Shown here one piece after another: positions 12,890 to 24,450 of a stretch of 64,000 bases of DNA (position 1 is the first letter of the stretch; every line of letters begins with the position of its first letter). The notes under the pieces were generated by a model that saw only the letters and a program-made list of their open reading frames with translations, was not told the origin of the DNA and made no database searches. Where the stretch lies: contig NC_090387.1 of the NCBI RefSeq assembly GCF_036365525.1, positions 50,335,404-50,399,403 on the forward strand, given 5' to 3'. Source of the stretch: Heterodontus francisci. Its lineage: Eukaryota. A program made the translations under genes and the position numbers.

Positions 12890-14349
12890 GTAATTTGAAG
12901 TTTTTATACTTATTTAGAATTATCAAAACATTTTGTTTGGAACTAGTAATTATGTGTTTGCTTTTTATTGGTGGCGGTGGAAGTTCACTTTCAAAAAGTT
13001 CACTGGAACTGTTTTTTGTTTAACAGCAGCTTAGCCAGTTTTTCTTTCACATTCCCACAAGTTTCAGAAACAAGAATGGCTTTATTAGGAGAGACCTTTT
13101 TTCAAAACATGTAACTGTGAGCCTATCCAAAGTTAAAGGATTAGTATTTAGTTAGTTCTCTGACACTTTGTAAGACAGGAAATGGTCCTAAAGAACACTA
13201 AGTAACAGTATTAACATTTCATGAAAGTCACTTGAGAAATGACGATAATACCGATGACTGCCTTGTTTGGCCATTTGTTATGCAAGGTTCAGAGAGTCCA
13301 AAACCATTCATACTGTATTCTCATAAGTTTAGTTGTTGCCTTATATGTCTAAAGATCTAAATCTTCCAACCTTTAAATTATAAATTCAAGATCAGGTTCA
13401 TGGAAAATATCAGTCTGTTTTTGAAGTTAATTTGAAATATTATAATGTAGTCTTCCAAAATAAGGGAATCAGGCAAATCTTCAAATTTTCTCCGCTTGAA
13501 ATCTGATTTTATTTTTTAGTTTAGCTGTTGCTCCTTACTTAGGTTGTGCAGGAACCAACTAAGGCTGCCTTTGAGACAATTGTTTGCTGTTGCTTCCTTT
13601 GATTAAAATATATGTTTAAAGAAAAATTATTCCCTTGTCTTTTGCTCCTTCCACATTCCATATGGGAGCATTAAAATAGTTCTGGGAAATACTGCGACTT
13701 GGTTGGGCAGCAAAAGAAGTAAAAACACTTTCTGTAGCTGCCTATAAAGTTTTGTAGCTTAAACATACTTCTGTGACAGGTCAGATTTCTAATGTTGTGT
13801 GAACAGATGGCTGTGTGGCACATTGCTTCAGTGATTTTTCAGTGTTATGTTGTCTATAAATCTTCGTGTAAAAATAATCCTAGAAATGTGTTACACCCAA
13901 GTATAATCATCTGGAAAAGGCTGTTAGATATTGGATCCACTGTAAGCTTTTCCAGCTCACCATTATGGCTGGTACAGGTGATGCCTGTGAGAAACATACA
14001 AGGGTCAGTTACTTGAGAATGTCTTCAGTTGGAGAGAATTGTCCATAAGAACTTTTAGTACAATCTTACCTACACACAATAAGCTTGGAGAACCCAGCAG
14101 CTTTGAGAGCCTTCAAGCAACTTTGGAAAGGGAAATGTTTGCTTAGTATTATACCCTTAATTGTGCTTAGATATAATTGGCAGGGCATCTCAACTGGTTA
14201 AGCAGTGAGCAGCTGAGCGACACAGACTAGGAAGATCACAGATTTCATCCCTGTGCAGTGTTGTGCTGACTTGGGTGGTTTAATAATGTTGCAATGGATT
14301 TCAGTGCCACTGGGCAGAAAATAATGGGCCAGGGTTCCAGCTTCTGATG

Positions 14350-15010
14350 AACACAAGAACACAGTAAATAGGAGCAGGAGTAGACCATATGGCCCATTAA
14401 GGCTACTGTGCCATTCAAAACAATCACGGCTGATCTTAGGATTCAACTCTACTTTCCTGCCTGCTTGCCATAATCACTTAATTCCCTGAGAGACCAAACA
14501 TCTGTCACTCCCAGCCTTAAATATATTCAACGATGGAGCATCCACAGCCCTCTGGGGTACAGAATTCCAAAGATTCACAACCCTTTGAGTGAAGTAATTT
14601 CTCCTCATCTCAGTCCTAAATGATCGGCGCCTTATCCTGAGACTGTGCCTGTGTTTCAGATTCCCTGACCAACGGAAATAATCGCTGTGTCTACCCAGTC
14701 CAGCCCTTTTAGAATCTTGTATGTTTCAATGAGATCACGTCTCATTCTTCTAAACTGCAGTGAATATAGGCCCAATTTACTTAATCTCTCATCATAGGAC
14801 AACCCCCTCATCCCAGGGACCAATCTAGTGAACCTTCACTGCACTCCCTCCAATGCAAGTATATCCTTTCTTAAATGTAGAGACCAAAACTGCACACAGT
14901 ATTCCAGATGTGATCTCACCAAAACCCTGTACAATTGTAGCAATACTTCCTTATTCCTGTACATGCCATTTGCCTTCCTAATTGTTCGTTTTACCTGCTT
15001 GTTAACTATC
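14350..15010 (-). mobile_element. CR1 LINE 3' fragment
   Basis: LYRVLVRSHLEYCVQFWS motif on the minus strand; CR1 tail. Confidence 0.88.
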
Positions 15011-15830
15011 CAGCAACCCTTGTTAGAAGTTTGTGGATGTGAAGGACACAATCAGGATCAGCTGGGATGATCTCTTGGTCTAACAGGTTTTCAAGACTCA
15101 AGCATCAACAAGATCACTTGAATGAGATACTGTAGTGTGCCTGACAGTATAAAACCATATTGTAACAAGAAGTGGACACCTTCACAACATAACAAAACAA
15201 GAAAATTTACGTGGGGTTGGTGGGGGGAGGGTGGTGAAATTGGTAATAGTATGGAAACATCGTCGATGCTCTGGCACTCGAAGGAATATTTGATCCAATC
15301 TTGCTCAGTTTGTGAAAATGTTCTTAGTACACTGCAGGATGGAATAATGAGATTGTAATTATTAAGAGCAAATCTCCCAAGCGTTGGGGCACATCTTACT
15401 ATTTTATGATCTTGAAAATTATGCCTGTGGTTAGAGATTGAATGAGTTGGTAGAGTTCCTAAAGTAAATTGTGTGTGGTCCATGAAAAGTATGGGTTAGA
15501 TTGTTTCACATTTTCTTATTTTCATGTATTGAGGAAGCAGCAACTGATGGTGATGATCAGTGCTGGTTTCATTTTTTATTTTCTCAAAATTGAGACTTAT
15601 TTCTAATATACGGGAATTGTGTGAAGATAAATGACAGCCAAATTGTAGCAAATTTAAAAGTGACTTTAATATGTAGATATGTTTCTGTAAATCGCTGATG
15701 TTGCTGGCCTTTCAAAATCGTTTTGGTACAATTGTAATAAAGCCCTCTTGATTTTATTTACAATTGCTATTTTGTTGTACACTGAAAAATGTTTTGAAAA
15801 TTATTCAATTATATTTTAAACCCTTTTTAG

Positions 15831-15940
15831 GTATCTTTTTTTACATCGCTATGGAACCATCCATTCTTCACGATCAGCTGTATAACTCTAATTGGTTTAT
15901 TCTTTGCTGGAATACATAAAAGAGTGGTTGCACCATCAAT
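15831..15940 (+). CDS. CNEP1R1: CNEP1R1 coding exon 4 ([36 protein letters not shown])
   Basis: Acceptor ccctttttag; donor AT|GTATCCTTT (U12-type). Confidence 0.97.
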
Positions 15941-15956
15941 GTATCCTTTTTGTGGT

Positions 15957-16908
15957 TGTTATGATCGCCATGGAGACCACCAACAAATCAAAAGAATCAA
16001 ATCCACCAACTGACCCATATTTAGGAAACCAAAAACCAAACTGACAAGATTTCACTTTTATAAATTTTACTTTAACACTCAAGCCAACACCAACATAAAT
16101 TAAACATGAACTAACAGTTAACCCACATTCAGTATATAATATATATATCTTAAACGTTACATGTGAATTGGCAGATGCAACAAAGATAGTTCTTACAGGT
16201 CTTCAGAATAGCTTTATCGGCAAGGTGGTGCTGAAGAGTCTCACAGTACAATAAAATCAGGATCTTGTTCAGGTAGTTTTTCGAGTTCTGTCCTCCAGGA
16301 TCCAGATATGGAAGGAATGAGGCCCTGTCGATAGTGAGCGATGCATAAAGGCCTGCTACCCGACTCGAACCCGACGACGTTGGGCTGGACACACACGGTA
16401 AGTGCTCTGCTGGTAAGTATTGAAATTAAAAAAACTTCCCTGGGCTGGGAGTCCAGGATGAAACTGAGTCTGCGCAGTGAGCGAGTGATGTCACTATGAT
16501 ATCATCACACATGCGCTGCAGCTTCCTGGAGGTTCTGAGTCCAAAGGTAAGTGAAGGGATGGTCGGGGCGGGCTCAGGGCAAAATCGGAGGGACTTGGGC
16601 CAGGTCAGGGTTGGGTCCGCTGTGGTTCGGTTGGGTTGGGGTTGGGTTCTTTTTCCCGACCTGAGCAGGCTTTTAGCGATGCAATCTGCCCTTTAACGGT
16701 TCTGTCTTGTTTCTTGACAAACCTCCGATTATATGTCCTTGGTTTTTTAAAAAACTGCTTGTTTGTTCTCAGTCACAGGACTGTTTGTTTATTTAACCTG
16801 GGTTTAACTCCCAGAAGCTGGAAACACTCCGCCTCAAATCAGGGACTGTCTCAAAAACACAAACACAGGCTGTACAGAACTCAGTTTACACACAAAGACT
16901 GCGTAACA
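15957..16908. mobile_element. Solo LTR in CNEP1R1 intron 4
   Basis: TGTTATG...CGTAACA inverted termini; perfect 5-bp TSD GTGGT (15952-15956 / 16909-16913). Confidence 0.85.
16346..16675. mobile_element. hAT-type MITE nested in the solo LTR
   Basis: TIRs TAAAGGCCTGCT / AGCAGGCTTTTA; perfect 8-bp TSD GCGATGCA; subterminal ACCCGA/TCGGGT repeats. Confidence 0.88.
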
Positions 16909-16919
16909 GTGGTATATGA

Positions 16920-17010
16920 TCTTAGATTTTTTGATCTTAGAGTAGGTTAAAGGTTCGGCACAACATCGTGGGCCGAAGGGCCTGTACTGTGCTGTAATGT
17001 TCTATGTTCT
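16920..17010 (+). repeat. HER1/CR1-type 3' tail fragment
   Basis: ggcacaacatcgtgggccgaagggcctgtactgtgctgtaatgttctatgttc, the tail shared with the HE1 SINE. Confidence 0.65.
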
Positions 17011-17425
17011 TCAGCTTGTTGTCAATACAAATTTCAGACTTAGAGGGAGAAATAGTTGCTTCGATGTCTTTGGAAATGCTGGCTGTACCCAGTTTTTATT
17101 TATTTAGTTAGCTTCTGCTGAGTTGAGCCTTGTCTTCACTCACTGTACCAATACTTTGTAATATATAGTATGTTGTTTACTATTAGACTGAAGATTGCAA
17201 AAGTTTAACCAGTACGGAAGCCATTAGCAACGAACATTCTTTAATTTTGTAATAATTCTGCAATACAATTTTCTTTACTGCATTCTGTTGAGTATTTTGT
17301 CATTCTTGTCGCGTTAATGAATCTAAAGTTTCTTATGCAGTGCCTTCACATAGAAAATGACCAGTATCGTGAAACTCCAATTTTAATTGATGAATAATTG
17401 GTTTTCCTTAACATGTTGCTTGCAG

Positions 17426-17480
17426 CATTGCTGCAAGATGTCGAACTGTTTTGGCAGAATACAATATGTCTTGTGATGAT
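17426..17480 (+). CDS. CNEP1R1: CNEP1R1 coding exon 5 (IIAARCRTVLAEYNMSCDD)
   Basis: Acceptor ttgcag after the U12 branch site; donor GAT|GTAAGT. Confidence 0.97.
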
Positions 17481-18789
17481 GTAAGTATTTGTTTCCATAG
17501 CCAGAGTACCTGGGAAATGTACGTAAAAATTGCATGAACTTTAATGTTGAAGCCTTACTCAAATCAGCAAGGACTATCATTTACATATGTTTTTCTGCTT
17601 TTTAAAAAAAAAACCCTGTTCTGTGATTTAGGGACATTGCATGTATTTTCTTCTTTGTGTAGGTTTTTAAAAAAATTGTTTTAAGTTTTCTCTGGGTGCA
17701 CGAGCAGTACAGAAATTAAAGGAGACAAGGAGATGAGAAACTGGTGAATAGTTCAACCATATTTTAAGTGTGTTAGAATTGTTACTGATTTGGAAATGTG
17801 TGTTATTTTTGTGTGTCTTGGTTTGGTGCCCCGTTGACATCCTTTGCTAAAAAGGCAAAATAAAATTTTGAAGAAGTCTTGTTGTTTTGTGGTGTTCATC
17901 AAAGCGGAAGTCAGAAATTTAGAGAGTTACAAGTCTCCACTGACTTCAAGATTATAAGCAGCTACAATTACTTAGATTTGCTGTATTTCTATCACTTTTA
18001 TTCAAGGGGGGACTTGATCAGTGTATTCATTATTAGAGTTAAAAAGGAAAACCCTGCTGTTGACTCCAGGCTAGCCTAAGCAGTGCTGCAGCTGGTATCT
18101 TTCAAAATGGTCCAACCCTCAGGTCACTAGCTGTAGGGGATTTAGTCTAATTCAGAGCTTGGTATTTTGGTTGGTTTAGTACACAAAACAATATGAATCT
18201 GCCTTTTCTTGTAAACTGCAAAGGAAGAGATCTCTTCATTTATGTTTGCCACGCATCTTGCCCCATACTCTTTGCAATTTCCAATTTGCCAAAATAGGAA
18301 AGGAGCAACATCCCGACTATTGTTTGTCAATTGGGTTACTACAATAGTTACTGGACAAGAAATCAAATTTAATCAGCAAATTTTACCTTAATTCATTTTT
18401 TCTTTTCAAGAATTTATCTTTTTTTTAAAGATTTCCCTGTGGTTTAAATTCAGTGAAATCTGAATCTAATCCCGCAATCACCCATGTGGATTACTTCACT
18501 CAATTCATTTTTGGTTAGGTGACAAGACTACTAATTGTCTTCTGCTACTGTTGGATGATTGCATCTGTGGTCCCTAGCTCTTAATTATTCTGCAAGAAAG
18601 AAAGGAATTTCATTCTTCACATATTTATTATCTATATTAGTGGTAGTGCTTTTTAAAAGGATTTGTTCCCTTGTTTGTACTGGTGAAAGTACTTGGGAAA
18701 GTACCAACCAACATTTGACAATAGCAGGCCTGTCAATATTTGGGTACATATTTGTAACTCATTTCCTTGAAGCTCCCTGCTGTACAGGA

Positions 18790-19860
18790 CGAGCGGTAAA
18801 CTATTTAACCTACATCACCTCCAGTCCAGAACCAAGGCCGCTCCAATCTCTCTCATCAAGTTGCAGAATGCTGACGAAGCTTGCGTATGCGCACACTCAG
18901 AGGCCGAGCTTCAAACCCTCTTCGATGCATTCACGGAGGCGTATGAAAGAATGGGCCTTAAGCTAAACATCCAGAAGGCAAAGGTCCTCTACCAGCCTGC
19001 TCCCGCTGCATAACACTGCCCCCCGACTATCAAGATCCACGGTGAACCACAGGACAATGTGGATCACTTCCCATACCTTGGGAGCCTCCTCTCAGCAATG
19101 GCAGACATCAAGGATGAAACTCAACATCGCCTCCGGTGTGCCAATGCAGCCTTCGGTCGTGTGAGGAAAAGAGTGTTTGACAGTAAAGACCTCAAACCTA
19201 GCACCATGCTCATGGTCTACAGGGCCGCAGTGTTACCTGCCCTCCTGTGTGCGTCAGAAACATGGACACTTTAAGCAGACATCTCAAAGCACTGGAGAGA
19301 TATCACCAGCGGTGCCTCTGCAAATTCAGTGGCAGGACAGGCACTTCAATATCAGTGTCCTCTCTCAGGCCAACATCCCCAGTATCAAGACACTGGTTAT
19401 GGCTAGTCAGTTACATTGGGCAGGCCACATTGTCTGCATGCCTGTCACAAGAGTCCCAAAACAAGCTTTCTATTCTGAGCTCCGTCACAACAAGAGGCTA
19501 CCAGGAGGGCAGAGGAAACACTACAAGAATGTCCTTAAAGCCTCCCTGAAAAAAGGTGACATCTCCACCAATTCGTGGGAATCTCTTGCCTGAGACCTCA
19601 CAAAATGATGAAGCATCCATGACAGTGCCAGCCAGTTCGAACAACATCGACATGCCCAGGCAGCAACCATATGGAAACAGCGGAAGGAGCATTCGGAATT
19701 TTGAGCATCCCATTCACTCGCCTCACCAAATACCACCTGCCCCACTTGTGGCAGAGTGTGCGGATCCAGAATTGGACTATTTAGTCACCCAAGGACCCAC
19801 AACCCTGGAGTGGAAGAAAGTCATCCTCGCTCCCGAGAGACTGCCTAAGAAGAAGAAGAC
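18790..19860 (+). mobile_element. RTE-clade LINE, 5'-truncated, in CNEP1R1 intron 5
   Basis: VDHFPYLGS...AAFGR...SETWT, RVPKQAFYSEL, a C-terminal CPTCGRVC..RIGL..H zinc finger, and a (GAA)n tail. Confidence 0.9.
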
Positions 19861-20454
19861 ATTTACACTATAACTGTAGAGTCTCTGTGAAGCAATTTCA
19901 CACAGATCCTGCAATTATAATGTAAATAGAGCCTCATTCTGGAGTCAGGGCCAGACCTGACCTGACACTAAAGACAATGAGAGAAATTGTGAGTGAAACA
20001 GAAGTAGTAGTAGAGGAAGAGACAGAGCGAAACACAGAAGCAGGAAGATTTTTATGTTGCAGATTTACCACTTATCCTTAGCTTGATGAGCATGACCTGT
20101 TGAGAGTTGTTGGGTTTCATCCAAGAAAGTGTGAGAACCAATTAATCTGATAGTTTGTTAAAATTTATTGTCCAGAATAACCAGGGGCTTGAGTGAAGGT
20201 CAGTGGGTATGCCTCTGATGTCCCTCATTTTGTGAGCGCTGCATCTATGGTATCAGTCCTTTTAGCTTATTTGTAGGACATTACTGTTAGCCTAACTTGG
20301 ATGTGTTTTAATTAGCTGTACAATTAACATCCTGTCAAATGTTGCAAGTTGTCTGTACTTTGTGCAGTATCTCTTGTGTACTTTGTTTTTGTAAATGTGT
20401 GGAAACTACTTTTTGTGACTAATTTAAAAAAAATATATTTTTCACCTTTTATAG

Positions 20455-20496
20455 ACTGGAAAACTAATATTAAAGCCCAGGCCCCATGTCCAATGA
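20455..20496 (+). CDS. CNEP1R1: CNEP1R1 last coding exon (TGKLILKPRPHVQ*)
   Basis: Acceptor ccttttatag; stop TGA at 20494-20496. Confidence 0.96.
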   Translation, partial: TGKLILKPRPHVQ

Positions 20497-21475
20497 CGAA
20501 TCTACGTGCCAGTTGTTCTGTGGCTCTTTGAAAAAGTGGAAGTAACTTCAAATGCAACACTGCACAAGTCCACTGATGCAATGTTCCTTTTAGTGTCAAC
20601 ATCATTATTTTCAGCTAAGCTAATCTCCCTAAAACAGGAAAAAAAAAGTCTTCAGCAAAAGAAGTGCATTTTATGAGAAATCTAATATTGCAGCAAGCAG
20701 GTTAGAGATTTTCGATAACTTGGTATAAAATACAATTTTGAACTTAAATTAAAGTGACCTGGCAAGATTTAAATACATTAGAAAGTTCTAGGTTCTTATA
20801 TTTTAACTTCTGGGTTGGACTGCTCATTTTATTATTGATATGCTTTTGTAACTATTTCGTGACTCAGTCTCAAAAAATACAACATCAAGGATTTAAAAAC
20901 TGTGACCGATTCTCACTGAGAATTGGGCTGAACTATATCAGGAACTGTTCCAACAAGATTGCTGAACCATTGTTGCATGCCTTTATTCTTCCCTCCGTAC
21001 AGATGCTTTTTTTATATAAAGTTATGAGAATGTTCTGTTGCTGAGTTATCTTCACTGTTCACCAATACGATTTTGAGGCATCTGTCTCCTTATTCCATTT
21101 AGACTGGAGATGTATTAGAAATGGATCACCAGTACGTTGGGTGAAAACTTGAATCCCTTTGATCTGCCAAATTGTGTTGTGTACGAATCTATTTATAAGA
21201 GATAATTTGTTTAATTTGTATTGCAGCCTATTGCATATAAAGATTCTAATTTTACTTCTCAATTATGCAGCCTTGTATAACCATGTAGAAATGATCTTTT
21301 CAATCTTGCAGTTGTTTATGTTCTCTTGCATTGCAATTCTAGAACCTATTACAGTTCTACTTTTGCCTCTTTGTATTTTAATGACTTGAATGATTCAAAC
21401 TTTTAAATTTTAAAAGCATCATGACTATGTAAATGTTTTTCAGGCACTTGAATTTTGTAGGCCTGTGTACATAGC

Positions 21476-21481
21476 AATAAA
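21476..21481 (+). terminator. Candidate CNEP1R1 polyadenylation signal AATAAA (about 1 kb 3' UTR)
   Basis: Canonical hexamer at the end of the AT-rich, repeat-free stretch after the stop codon, just before L2 debris begins. Confidence 0.5.
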
Positions 21482-21589
21482 CCATTTATATGGAAATGAT
21501 TTGAGAAGTGATCATGCAGTTGTCCCTTGAATCAGTCACACATTTGAATGTACTAGATAACGTGAATGGGATTTAAATGTTTAAGTTAT

Positions 21590-22250
21590 AATGACAAGCC
21601 AAGTTGGCTGCCTGATACTGTTGAGCATGAGCCAGAATTTACTCCAGTTGAACACTAGAAAGACCAAAGCCATTGTTTTAAGCCCTTCCCAGAAACTCTG
21701 GCACCTTGGCTGTTCATTCAGGCTGTATGAAACCTCAATCTCTTTGAGAGAGCTGAGCTTCAAATTATATATCTCATCCATTCTTCACCAAGACTACCTC
21801 CTTCCATCTTCACACCATTGTCTGTCTCCAACACGTCACTGTCAAAATACATATTGATCCACTTGTCACCTATAGACTTAATTTCACCAGTACTCTTGCC
21901 AGCTACCTGACTTCCATCCTCAAACTCCAACTCATTCAAAACTTCACAGCCTGCTCTATTCCATTTAACCATCACCTTGTGCTCACTGATCCACAGTGAC
22001 TCTTTGTCCCTAAAGCATTGAATTAAAATCCTCAACCTTCTGTACAAATTCCTTTACAAGATTACCCTACAATACTTCAACAACTATTTCCAAACTTCTA
22101 TTTCCTCCTGTGCCCTCTTGTCCTCTGACTCTGAACTTCAAAGCATACTTCCCTCCCTTCATTCCATTATTAGTAGCCGAGCCTCCAGCTGCTTGGCCCC
22201 ATCTGATGGGATATCTTTCCTAAACACAATTTCTGTTTATCTTTAAATGT
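21590..22250 (+). mobile_element. Old L2 LINE fragment
   Basis: MSQNLLQLNTRKTKAI (L2 WM..N.L.LN..KTE motif) and a following LQLIQN-like segment; heavily decayed. Confidence 0.7.
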
Positions 22251-22460
22251 TCCCTGAAATCCCATACTTCCTACTTCTTCCAGGAACACACTTCACCCTT
22301 GTCAGTTTGCTATCAGCAGGATAAAATAATCAACAAAACTGTAATTTTAAATACCATATGGCACTAATTTATGAAAGAAAAACATATTCTCAACACACTA
22401 CTGTGGATTGAGACAAAGGTAATAGAAAATTGGAGGTCCTGTGCTGCACAGTACGATCAG

Positions 22461-22823
22461 TAGATTAGATTAGATTAGATTAGAGATACAGCACTGAAAC
22501 AGGCCCTTCGGCCCACCGAGTCTGTGCCGAACATCAACCACCCATTTAGACTAATCCTACACTAATCCCATATTCCCACCAAACATCCCCACCTGCCCCT
22601 ATATTTCCCTACCACCTACCTATACTAGTGACAATTTATAATGGTCAATTTACCTATCAACCTGCAAGTCTTTTGGCTTGTGGGAGGAAACCGGAGCACC
22701 CGGAGAAAACCCACGCAGACACAGGGAGAACTTGCAAACTCCACACAGGCAGTACCCGGAATCGAACCCAGGTCCCTGGAGCTGTGAGGCTGCGGTGCTA
22801 ACCACTGCGCCACTGTGCCGCCC
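22461..22823 (-). mobile_element. HE1-type V-SINE with (AATCT)n tail
   Basis: tRNA head TGGCGCAGTGG / GGTTCGATTCC; V-domain tgtgtggagtttgc...ccggtttcctccc; tail gggccgaagggcctgtttc. Confidence 0.9.
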
Positions 22824-22839
22824 TGTGCTTCCATTTGAA

Positions 22840-23320
22840 TTGCCAATGGTGAGAAAGGGACTAAAACTTAGAATTTACTGGGAGCCAATGTAGAACAGTG
22901 AGCTCAGTGGTGATGGTGACCAGGACCTGGTGTGTGTAAGGACATGGGCAGAAGAATTTTGGATAACTAAAGTTTACAGTGTGGAATCTGGGAGACTGGC
23001 CAGCAGTGCTTTGGAATAGTCAAGTCTAGAGGTAACAAAGACATGGACGAGAGATTCAGCAGCAGATGAGTTGAGGCAGGGCAGAGATGGGTAACATTAC
23101 TGAGGTGGAATTAGGCAGTCATGGTGATGATGCGGATATGTGGTTGGAACCTCATCTGTGACATATGTCACCAAGGTTGCAAACAGTCTGATTCTCTGAC
23201 TGCAATTGGATAGGTAAGAATGGAACCAGGTGATTTCAGTCCCACCCAACTGGATGACAGTGGAGAGGCGTTGGAGGAAGTTGGTGTGGTCAACCATGCT
23301 AAAACTGCACACGAGTTGAG
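22840..23320 (-). mobile_element. L2 LINE fragment
   Basis: Similar to 27300-27460; contains FSMVDHTNFLQRL...WFHSYLS RT remnant. Confidence 0.7.
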
Positions 23321-23343
23321 AACAACAACTTATATTTATATAC

Positions 23344-23471
23344 AAAAGCAAAATACTGTGGATTGCAAATCTGAAATAAAAACAGAAAATGCTGATATAC
23401 TCAGCAGGTCTGAAAGTATCTGTGGAGAGAGAAATAGTTAACATTTCAGGTCTGTAACATTTCATCAGAAC
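23344..23471 (-). repeat. Single copy of the hammerhead-bearing repeat
   Basis: Minus strand GTT-CTGATGA-AATGTTACAGACCT-GAAA-TG-TTA-ACT. Confidence 0.75.
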
Positions 23472-24450
23472 ACATAGCGGCTTTAACATAAAGCGCTTCA
23501 TAGGAGCATTATAAAACAAAATTTGACACCGAGCCATGTGAAGATGTAGATGACGAAAAACTTGATCAAAGAGGTAGGTTTTAAGGAGCACCTTTAAAGG
23601 AGGTAAGAGAGGTAGAGAAACAGAGAGGTTTAAGGAGGAAATTCCAAAGCTTTAGGGTTTTGGCAACTGTATGCACAGCCACCAATGTTGATACAGTTGT
23701 GATAGTGATCTGCCTAAGGGCAGGTTCTCTGCCCATTTCTCCACATCTCGCGGTCTTGGGTTTCTCTTCAGTTGCTCGTAGGAGCCTCCCATTTTCAATT
23801 TCAAGTTGTCTAACATCATTCTCTTTCTCCCTCTTGGTCTACATCCCTCTAATCTTCTGTCAATCCACCTCCTTCAGAAAGTTCTCATGTCTTAGATTAT
23901 GACCAAACCAACCTTGTTCCCTTTTCTTGATAGTCACTAACAATCTATCCTCCTCCACCATCCTGAGAGCTTCATTGCTATTGTGTTCTCTCCAAATGAC
24001 CTACTCCATCCTTCTACAGAACCACATTTCACAACTTTCTAGTCTTCGGATGCCTGCTTTTCTCAAGGTCCACATTTCAGTCTCATACAACAACACACTC
24101 CAAATCACAGTCTTGATAATTCTTAAGATCTCTACTCGTTCCTATACTGAGCAATTCTTTATGTTTGGAGAGTGCATTCTTTGCCATTGCTATTCTAACT
24201 GTGATTTCTTTATGGTAGTAACTATCTTCTGATGAGATGCTTCCCAGGTACTTAAATTGTGATACCTGTTCCAGCTGTGATCGTTTATCTTGACTTCTGT
24301 TTTCTTACCATTATTTCTTCCAACCGTCGTAACTTTTGTCTGTTTTACATTAATTTTCATTCCGTAAGTTTTCACCACTTCATTCATTTTATCCATTAGT
24401 ATCTGTAGATTTTCTGCTGTTCTAGCCACAAGGGTTTCATCATCTGGAAA

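Larger units (their letters stand above)
15941..17425 (+). other. U12-type (minor spliceosome) GT-AG intron, CNEP1R1 intron 4
   Basis: 5' splice site GTATCCTTTT at 15941. Branch site TTTTCCTTAAC at 17402-17412 lies 13 nt before the end of the CAG acceptor (17425), with no long polypyrimidine tract. Confidence 0.93.
8708..20496 (+). other. CNEP1R1: CNEP1R1 (TMEM188) gene, coding span; 6 exons, 378 nt CDS = 125 aa + stop
   Basis: Exons join in frame (25+72+74+110+55+42 nt) to [125 protein letters not shown]. This is recognised as the CTDNEP1 regulatory subunit (Spo7 homolog). All introns are GT-AG. Confidence 0.97.
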
